The position numbers and the translations under genes were made by a program. 64,000 bases of DNA. It comes from Octopus vulgaris (Eukaryota). Position 1 is the first letter of the stretch; the number at the start of each line of letters is the position of its first letter. Where the stretch lies: contig OX597822.1 of assembly GCA_951406725.2 (NCBI GenBank), positions 55,304,001-55,368,000 of the forward strand, read 5' to 3'. This document shows positions 53,897 through 64,000 of the stretch, piece by piece. The notes below the pieces were generated by a model. The model was not told the DNA's origin. It ran no database searches and worked only from the letters and a program-made list of their open reading frames with translations.

Positions 53897-56800
53897 AACC
53901 ATATATTACCATATCTCTAACCTTGTCTCACATACAAACACTATAAGCATAGCAAATGGCAAATTCACAGATTTAAAGTAATTCTCTCTCAAAAATGTGA
54001 TGAGATCAATTCTTGTATCGATGTTATCTTGATTTAAAACTCAGAAAAACAATCATCGTTATTGTAAAAATAATGCTAATTTTCTATCTAGCTTCCTGTG
54101 TCAGCTTCTCTTATCATGACACACAACTTTTGAAATCTAATAAAAACACAAACTGCTGATGAAGCCAAGCTAATGAAAAATAAGAAGTTAGAGATCATTA
54201 AAAGCAAGAATGTTAGGGCATTAGATAAAATGTCTTGCTGTAATTCTTGTAGATCTTTACGTTTTGAGTTCAAATCCTGCCATGGTCAACTTTGCCTTTT
54301 ATCCCTCAGGAATTGATAAAATAGAGTTCCAGTCAAATATTTAATTTAATAGGTTCAATTTAAAGGACTAACCCTATGCCTTACGTTTTTAGGTCTTTTG
54401 TCTACATTAGAAACAATGTTGAAAGAGGAATGAGGGAGCTTCTACAAAGGTGCTTGTCCTGTTAGAAATTGCAACCAAATTTTCGCTCACACTTTTCAAG
54501 CTTCATGGAAGAACATTTTGGATTAATGTAGCCCTTGATGGAATACCTTTGATCACAGATCTGCTGGATTCAGTCTGACTTAAGGCTAAACTATGGCTAA
54601 TTATAAATTCATTCTTTGTGGATGAACCCCAATGAGTTCTATCATAACTTCATTAACTCTCATTTTTCATTTCACATTGCTGTAATTAGTTTAGATAAAA
54701 TGCTTTGTAAATTTCTAATGACTTTATTTTAAGAATGTAAATTAGATGTTACATAGCAAATTAATCCGAGATTATTATTATGCTTGCATTCAGTAAATGC
54801 TTTGTGTAGTGACTGTAGATTCAGTGGAAGTCTGGTTGTGCTGTATCCTGGTATGTAATACTTATTATGAATGTTGTATGTAAAAGAGTATAGAAGGTGA
54901 AGTTGATGACTAACAATTTGCTAGACACCATTTTCAATTGGATTGTTACTGGAATTAAAATTATATTCCAGACAGGCCTTTGTAACTACTGTCAGCTTGA
55001 AAACATTGAGTTTAAAGACAGCATAAAATATATCATTACCATTGTTTTCCATTCACTTTCTATATGTATATGGGGTGAAGGACCATATCTCTTTATATTT
55101 GACTTGGTTTCTATGACTGGTTATCCTACCTTACACCAACCACTTCACAGATTGTACTGGGTACATTTTATCATAGCACCAGCATTAGCGTCTTGCCATG
55201 TCTTCAAAAAGACTAAACGGTCCTCTCAATCCCACACTTTGCAGTGAACTGGATGCATTTTACTATGGCACCAGTACTATAAAGGATTACCATGTTCTTG
55301 ACAAGACCAAAGGATCATGTCTAGCACCCCATATCTCATTTCCCAACTATTTTGCAAAGTATCCAAGATGAAATCATTGGGAATTGCCTTGTACTGCATT
55401 AGAGTCCTCTCTACTCTCGTGCATTTATTCACTCAGCTACCTAGCTAATGAATCGAACAAAAGAGAACAGAAGATCCAAGATGAATAGGAGAGGTGGGGT
55501 AAGAGTATAGTAGAAATATAATTACATATATGTGTGTGTGTGTGTGTGTGTGTTGTGGCATTTCATAGTTTTAAGTTTTAATGTGCTATAAAAAATGTAA
55601 TGACTTGAATGCCAAGCAGTCTCTCTACAGTAAAGTTTCTATCATTTATATGTCTCTGTGAGATGTTTCTCTGAAATAAAATATTATAACTAAGCATCAT
55701 CCCACACTTATACTCACATTGTTATATACACTGGTATTTTAATGTAACACCTGTTTCCAGTGAAAATATTAGATTTTACACAACTCATTAAATGTTTTGT
55801 TTATTAATTCTTATATCAGAACAAGCATTTACAGCTTAGCTCAGAATTTCCAGAGGACACTCTTTTGTGACTATTTGAAGCAAGTCTTAGAGCAACTCAG
55901 TATCTTGATATGATGACCAAATTAGCTCAAAACATGTACCTGGAGATATACTGGCTTTCTGAGTGATTCCTTGTTTTTACACATGTCTCTTTGATAGGTT
56001 TCTTTGAGACAAAATATTGCAGTTTACTGCCATTCCATGTTTGTATTCACATTATAAATATTATACACATCTGTATTTCATGAATTATATTTGTGTGTGT
56101 GTGTTTTTTTTTAATGTTTTCTCATACTAATATATTTTCTATTGTAACCAACTCGGTTGATATAATTTTGTACTAGTTGTAACCTAAAGATGTTGGTATT
56201 TAGTCCCAGGTCAGTCCTGACTGAGCAGACCTATGATTAAAGGTATTTAGCCTTGACCATCTTGTCTTATTTCGTAATGGTGTGTGTAGGACTACATATA
56301 ACAGACATCAAATGGGAAACTCGGTCTATCTTATGGGTTTTAACGCCATCACTTGACTGTTTGTTGCTTTATACAAAGTTCAATCTGTAGAGACTATTTG
56401 AACCAAATCTTAGAATAACTCTTTATGTGATGACTCTTTGTAATATAGTATCACAGGGGTCTTAGTTTCTTTCCCCATTTTACTCCACAAGCCATAAATT
56501 CTCTGCTTTTCTCTAACAAGGCTATAAAAAGACATTATCCAATGTGTTTTTCCTTTTTAAGACAATAGGGTGTGATTTGAGTAATATTTTGCTGTTATTT
56601 CTAACAGGTGGAGTAATCATGTAGGCTCCTTTGATGGTCCAACATCTATTTTTCCATATATTCATGCCAGAGAAACTGGTTTCTGTGTGTCAAGAATTTA
56701 AATTATCTTACATTGAACTAAAAGTGGTTCAATTAATTGAATCAGCTTTGCAAATCACTGAGAAAAAAAAAATACAAAACAAGCAAAACCACAGCAAATT

Positions 56801-57116
56801 TATAAAATTACCTATGTCTGATCTACATTAGGGACTAGGTTGTGTGGTTGGGCAATTCTGTTTTGGTTTTAAACAACAGCAGCACATCAGTTGGTCAATA
56901 ATGATGCTTAGTTTCCATGTAAATGATGTAGATGGGACCTATCTCTAGGACATATATTTCTCAGGTAGATGGTACCTGTATATGGGGACATGACCAGGTA
57001 GATGACAAATAGATAGCAGCTGTTTTGATGATATGTATTTTTAAAATAGACTGCACCTGTATTACTTAGGAAAGGCTTCTCTCTCTGAAGGCAGACAGCA
57101 CCTGTCTCTGCTTATA

Positions 57117-57161
<45 letters not shown>

Positions 57162-57559
57162 GATTATCATATCAGTTTCAATCAATTTGATTTTGATGAT
57201 AGACTAGTACAGAATATTCATGAATGGCAGAAGATATAATATTGCTTTGCTCTTTGATTTCATCCAAAACTCATGCAAGGAAAGAATGAGTGGAAATATG
57301 TTGTCATAAATTTGGTATCTATGAAGATTTATGTATTTGCATGGTAATTAAGAATTTTAAAAACAAAAAGCAGGAAAAAAATAAAAAAGCAACAAAAAAC
57401 AACAAAAACTGAATTTATTGCTACCTCCCCCTGAACCACTTTCATGAGCAGAGTAATGCTTAGTTCCCGCCTTCATGGACAAGAGTAATATACTGCATAT
57501 AAAACACCAATTTGGTGTCTACTACAGGGTTGGAATTTGATAGCAGCACCTTAATCACT

Positions 57560-57880
57560 TCACTGTTTCCCCTGCTGCTGCAGCTCCATACCAGCATTAT
57601 CCATCGCTACTGCTACCACTCTTAGCTTCATACCACTGCTGTTGTCACTGCTACTATTGCAGCCCCATACCTTCACTGTCCGTGACTACTGCTTTAAGCT
57701 ATATCCCATTATTGCTTTTACTACAGCACCATACCAATACTCCATCACTGCTGCTGCTATTGTAGGCTCTACTACTTATAAGCTCCATACCATCACTGTC
57801 CATCACTACTAATACTATGCATACTCCAAAGCTCCATAACTACTGCTACTACAAGCTTCATACCACCACTGTCCCATTAC
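57560..57880. repeat. Degenerate minisatellite (AGCTCCATACCA..CACTGTCCATCACTACT-like unit)
   Basis: AGCTYCATAC motif recurs roughly every 35-45 bp. Confidence 0.65.
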
Positions 57881-59664
57881 CTAAAACCAACCTGATACTT
57901 CCACTTGTCAGTCTTTCTGTGTCTCCTACTAAACCAAGCATTAAACATATCTGCACCACTTTTCTCTATAAATATCAACATGAACAATATTTTAAACCTC
58001 ATAAAGTCCTGCAAAATCTACCTGTTACTGCTCTGCTTACTCTCTCCACTAGTAATATAAAAAAAAAAATCTATGAAAGCAAAGCAATACCACCCCTACA
58101 GCTCACAGTGTTCCAGTAGCTAGCATATGTGTATGAGATAATAATAGGTGGAATATTTGTTGTGGTAAATGATGTAAATGATGGGCTTCTTCACAGTCTC
58201 CGTCTACTAAATTCACTCACATAGGGCATAAGTCAGAGCTGATCTACAGAAAAAGACACTTGCACATGTTGCTATGCAGTGTCACTGAACATGGAACAAC
58301 ATGGGTGTGAAGCAAACTTCTTTTGCATGCAGCTTACCTGCACATACTTTCACCAGCTTAATAACATTTTCAGATTTGACAGCAACTGTCATCAGCATGT
58401 AATGATATACCACAGCTATGATTTCTTTTTCGTTTGGTGTTTTTTTTTTATTTCTGTGCCCCAGTGTAATATTTCTAAACATGCAGAATAGAATGATTAG
58501 GTTCAGAGGTGTAAAAAGCATGTGACATTAAATAATGTTTATACTTTTGTGTAACTTCCTGATTATTTTTAGATGCAGGTCATGTTTAACGCATGCTTCA
58601 GTTTCATGTGCTAACTCACTGTACACTGTCATAATATTTGCATTGTATTTGAGGTACAATGTGACTATCAAGATATTTTTTTTCATCACATTCTTTTTCC
58701 ATAAGGAGTAGTCTGCAAGAAATGTTATGTATCCAAACTAATTATTCCATTTTCACCACAGCTCCCCGTCTGTGACATGGTTAGTAGATTCGTTTAACAA
58801 ATTGCTATATCTTGTTACATTGTTAGGGAAATGTATTACCTTCCCAAAGCTCTCTCAACATTATAAAGATTTGAATCTTCATTTTTGCCGTTCAAAATTA
58901 GTGTGCTGTGTTATATTTTTTTTTCTCAAAATATGTTCAGTCAGAACAAATCCTAATCCATCATTTGGTTTAAACCTTCCATCTGCCCTGCTTTCCTTGA
59001 GTTCCTTTTCGTGGAGTACTAATTCTGTTTCAAACAACTTGACCCAAGTTCTCAGTCTGAGTTTATCTTGATATCCCCTACCCAACTTCTGAGTTCATGC
59101 AAAAGGTTGTGGCCATTCTACTGAGTGAGCTATGAAACCAAAGTAGAAACCAGTCAAAATCCTGCACTATGTGAAATGAAATTGCACAACATCATTAAAC
59201 TAAATTGGAACGTGAAATAATCAAGCTTATAAGGAAGCCTCTATGTAGTTGGTGACCTGCAACAAATCACATTTCACCATCTTCAAAAAGGGACATAACA
59301 CATTGGTTATAATAGTGCTGGATTATAATGAGAGGAAGTAAGTTGAGGGTATTCATGGTTTGAATGTCTGATCATATGTCTATGTTGTTTGGCCTCAAGT
59401 CAGCCATGTCAACCTTGGCTATTTCACCCACGATGACGCCCCAAATCAATTGAGCTAATCTTTATAAACATTCTATTAACATGCATAGCTATAAATGTGT
59501 CTAGTTTTCCTCAAATGGTGTGAGCCTTTTGTATGTCAGCAAAGCATTAGTAATTAATAGGCTTATTGCTGCTATTTTTTTGCTATAGGATAATTAGTTT
59601 GGGATTAATTGCAGGTATGATGTCCAGTGTTATATATATTTACATTTTTACTTTATATTTGTTT

Positions 59665-59890
59665 CACTTGTTAGAACACATGGTATATCGTATGCAGTCA
59701 GTTAGATCAAGGTGGAAGGAGCCTCTTGCATGTAGGATACATGGTATGCTTCATGTGGCCAGTTAAGCCAGAAAGGGGGGTACATTTTGCATTTTAGGAT
59801 ACGTGGTATAATTCATGGTTAGTTACATTGTATAGAGGACCCCTTTGCATGTCAGGACAAATGACATACCCGAAGTGTTTAGTTAGACTT
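59665..59890. repeat. Degenerate ~60-bp tandem repeat, about 4 copies
   Basis: TTGCATGTAGGATACATGGTAT...AGTTA recurs near 59673, 59734, 59796 and 59854. Confidence 0.65.
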
Positions 59891-59991
59891 GGGTGGGGTG
59901 AAAGCAGGTGCATGTGGGCAAAGTTTCATTCACATTGCGACTGTTTCCACTGATATTCTCAAAAAATCTATAAGGAAACAACAGTGTTTAA

Positions 59992-60210
59992 TCCTTTACC
60001 ATTTAAACTGGCTATAATTGGCCTAAATATTCTACCTATGTTGTGTTCAAACTGGCCAGATCTGTCCTCTCACACCTACCTTACAATATCATTCTATAAT
60101 TGAATAGCCATTTCATTGAAATCTCAAAGCTATGAAATAATGCATAATTAATTCCAAACAATGTGAATAAAGAAGCATTACATTTGACAAGTGATCTGAA
60201 TATTGAAGGG
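59992..60210 (+). mobile_element. piggyBac-type MITE, copy 2
   Basis: TTAA flanks; colinear with 51738-51957. Confidence 0.82.
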
Positions 60211-61316
60211 TTAAGTCTTAATACCAAAACAGTAATTTAATGTTACATTTTTTATTCTTTTATGTTTCGGCCCTAAGGCTGTGGCCATGTCAGAGCACTG
60301 AATTTTTAATAATTCAAGATTCGTTATTTTTTTCAGTGTAGATGTACCACCTCAGGTTTATATGTATTTACAATAAACTCCTGGTATTTCAGATATTCTC
60401 CACAACTGATCTAGATGGTTGATAGTTCACCCATGTCACCTTTGTATTCTGTTTGTAGTAAATAAACAAGGTTTTATTCTTGCCCTTGCAATATAGCATT
60501 ATTTTTGGTATTTAGTCAGAGAAAGGCCTCATAGTAGCAGAAATACTAGTTTGGCAAACAAAATTCCTGGCGTCAGTTATGAATGACTCTTTTATATTCT
60601 TAGTTCAAATCCTTCTGGGGTTGGCTTTTTCCCCTTTGTCTTTCCAGGGTTGATAAAATGAAGTACCTGTTAAGCAGTATTTGTGGTCTTGTACCATTGT
60701 TCAATCATTATTTGGACAGAAGAGGGGAGACCATCCTGGACTGCTAAAGTTGACATTTAGCTTATAATTTTGAAGTTGGTGTGTGCACCATAAGGAGATT
60801 TTGATTGGTACTAGCCCCGATTGAGCTCACCTTGATGAAAGACATTCCATCCATGACTATGGATAATGTATAACCACATCAGCCAATATGTGTGTGTGTG
60901 TGTTTTAAAACACTTGATTTGGCTGATATTTAAAGCAGGTTGAGAAATCACATAGAGGTTTCATCATTTGCGTGTCCAAGATTTGGTGTATGGCTGAAAT
61001 TATTTAAGACTGACCACTTCCCCTTTTTTAACCACAGTTAAAGTAGAATCTAGACAGGAATTAAAGGTTACTAAAAATTTTACATTAGACAAAATTTGTG
61101 TTCAGATTAAACAATTGTATGACAAATTGACAAAATTTCATTATTAGAAGTTATATTTTCATTGGAAATAACTGTTACATTAGTTGACCAGCTTTATAAC
61201 TGGAAATTTATATGTTTGTACATTTATGTTTGTACATTCCAGCTTTAATTGTAAAGAAGGAAATCCTACCCTTTACTTTCCAGAGACAGTCCCCAAAACA
61301 CTTTTTGCCTGTTTAT

Positions 61317-61535
61317 TCTTTAGCATTTAATCCAGCCACATTTGGCCCAAATACTCTACTTGTTTTATGTTAAAACTGACTAAATACAACCTAGCACACC
61401 TACCCTACATGGTCAGTCTATAAATATACAAACATACGATCAAAATCTTGAAGCTACAAGATAATGCATGGTTAATTCGAAACAATGTGAATGAAAAAGC
61501 AATACGCTTGACAAAGAAACCTGAATGCAAAAGGG
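61317..61535 (+). mobile_element. piggyBac-type MITE, copy 3
   Basis: Ends AAAGGG|TTAA; colinear with the other two copies. Confidence 0.75.
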
Positions 61536-61979
61536 TTAAATCTCAGATTTGTATTTTTGTATAGTGAACACTCCACACTTCTGAAGTTTACAACATACAT
61601 GTTCTATTTTCCTACTTTTACTTATTGTTTTGGGTATTTCATGAGTGATACTTTAATTATGCTACTAATATTACTAATATTCTTAACTTTACCGTAATGA
61701 CAATGCATTTTTTTCTTAAATTTTCTTTGTATTATTGTAGTTCAGAAAAAAAAACAAAAATGATAAATCTGACTTTTTATGTTATTAAATACTAGAGGGG
61801 TTGGAGACATTCAGAAGAAACTTTTGTAAAGTTTTTTTTAAAAATTATTTTATTTTAAGGACATCATTATCATCATCATAATTATTTAATATGCCTTTTT
61901 TCCATGTTGGCATGTGTGCAGATGTGTGTGTGTGTGTGTGTTTTATATATATAGGCGTGTATATATAGCTGTGCATATA

Positions 61980-62912
61980 TAGGTGCAAGAGTAGCTCTGT
62001 GGTAAGTAATTTGCTTCCCAACCACATGTTTGCGGGTTCATACCACTACTGCATGGCATTTTGGGCAAGTGTCTTCGGCTATAGCCTTGGGCTGACCAAA
62101 GCCTTATGAGTGGATTTCGTAGATGGAAACTGAAAGAAGCCTGTGTGGTAAGAATCTTGCTCCTTAACCAAAGGGTTCTGGGTTCAGTCCCACTGCATGG
62201 CACCTTGGGCAAGTGTCTTCTACTATAGCCTTAGGGCAACCAAATCCTTGTAAGTGGATTTAGTAGACAGAAACTGAAAGAAGCCTGTCAAATACATGCA
62301 CGCACTCACACACACAGACACACACACACATGTGTGTATGTGTGTCTTTGTGTCTGTGTTTGTCCTCGCATCACTGCTTGACAACTGGTATTAATGTGTT
62401 TACATCACTGTAACTTTGTGGTTCGGCAAAGAAGACCTGTAGAACAAAGCTTAAAAGATAACCCCTGGGGTCAATTTGTTTGACTAAAACCCTTCAAGGT
62501 AGTGCTCCAGCATGGCTACAGTCAAATGACTGAGACAAGTAAAAATATGTAGGTGAGAATGTTTGTGGGTGTGTGTATTATAGGTGCGGGAGTGGCTGTG
62601 TGGTAAGAAATTTGCTTCCCAACCACATGGTTGTGGGTTCATACCACTACTGCATGGCACCTTTGGCTGACCAAAGCCTTGTGAGTAGATTTTGTAGACA
62701 AGAAACTAAAAGAAGCCCATCATGTGTGTGTGTGCACATGTGTTTGTGTCTATTCCCCCACCACTGCTTGACAACTAGTGTTTTTTGTGTTTACATCCCT
62801 GTAACTTAGCAGTTTGGCAAAAGAGATTGATAGAATAAGTATTGGGATTGGTTCATTTGACTAATATTCTTCAAGGCCTGAAGTCTAATGACTGAAACAA
62901 GTAAAAGATAAA
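61980..62912 (+). mobile_element. Cluster of CpG-decayed family 1 SINEs
   Basis: Three heads (~61980, ~62140, ~62581) and two tails. Confidence 0.8.
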
Positions 62913-62961
<49 letters not shown>

Positions 62962-64000
62962 CATGTGTGTGCATGTCTAACTGCTGATGTATTTCATATG
63001 TTTGTTTACATCTGATGAATTAAAACAACTTCATTCTTTAGATTTTGATATATTACAACTATATCTCATTTTATATGGTTCTGTGTGAAAAATGGCAGAT
63101 GATAATATTTAGGACCTGCCGTTAGATATTTCTTCAATAAGACAGCTTCAAAACATATTTTCAAAACTAATTTCCAAATGCTTCCTCAGTTATTGATTTT
63201 ATCTTCAATCTTATTTTTTTTATTTATATTAATTCTTGAGACTTACATAGCAAAACAGAGATATTAAGATATTCTATAGGGTTTGTTATAAGACTATTAT
63301 TAATTTAAATTCATTTTCTATATTACGTGGAGTAAGGATCTTTTCATCTAGGTTAAATACTGATTGATTCGACTTTGAGCCCAACTAGGAAGTAATTTGG
63401 AAGATGTTTGTATAAATAACATCTTTAAATCATAAAACATTTTTGCTAATTTCATGATCAACACTGAAGTCTTATGTGGTCAAGCATATGGCTTGATCTC
63501 CTCAACTGGCAAACCAAAATGAAGTTCTTGTTTTTTCATTATTCCAAGTTGAAATACAGCCTTCCAGGCAGATGTGCTAACTTGAGTAGAGAAACATATA
63601 TAAAGGATAGTGATACTGATGTCAACTAACCATTCCCTTTACCATCAAATCAGTTTTTCGGACATGCAATCTGTAAGATGAATAAAACCACCAGCCTCAT
63701 TACAAATATGGTGTTTTTAGTAATACAAATGTTATTAAGGAGAATATTTCTATTGTTTCTATTGTATTCATATTCCAATAATATTTTTGATATCTCTTAG
63801 TTTATTTTATTACAACTGAGCTCAATATATTTTTTGTTATGACCTAATGTATGTGCAGTCTTTAAAATACTATAGTGAACTGTATGTGGGTTCTTAGTTT
63901 GAAACAAAATAGTTTTGCTATCTGTGCAGTTGACTTGCTGCCTATCAACTAACTGAGCATTTGGTGATAGTAATACTGATATATTGTCTTCAGATATATT

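Larger units (their letters stand above)
43381..64000 (+). other. Probable intron 1 of EPT1/SELENOI (extends past the window)
   Basis: GT donor at 43381. I could not find an exon encoding YSxxDTxPLSxYVMHPFW downstream. Repeats here are CpG-decayed. Confidence 0.6.

Overview
Eukaryotic, AT-rich genomic DNA dense in microsatellites and SINEs. The repeat families point to an octopus/cephalopod genome (inference from repeat content). There are no prokaryotic operons, CRISPR arrays, rRNA or true tRNA genes, and nearly all listed ORFs are microsatellite or transposon artefacts. Positions 1-43 kb are a mosaic of decayed transposons: tRNA-derived SINEs, a Helitron, pogo/Tigger, hAT and mariner elements and MITEs, a decayed Gypsy with short LTRs, R4/Dong-like and Tx1/L1-like LINE pieces, and Penelope-like relics carrying hammerhead-ribozyme motifs. 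One host gene is well supported: coding exon 1 of ethanolaminephosphotransferase 1 (EPT1/SELENOI) at 43324-43380 (+), with a CpG-retaining promoter. Its first intron appears to fill the remaining ~20.6 kb and shows CpG decay consistent with gene-body methylation. Best leads: two near-canonical minimal hammerhead ribozymes plus several decayed ones, a SINE that repeatedly concatenates at one fixed hairpin-loop position, and a possible first exon of a secreted protein at ~18.3-18.4 kb. All alignments were done by eye, and boundaries of decayed elements are approximate.
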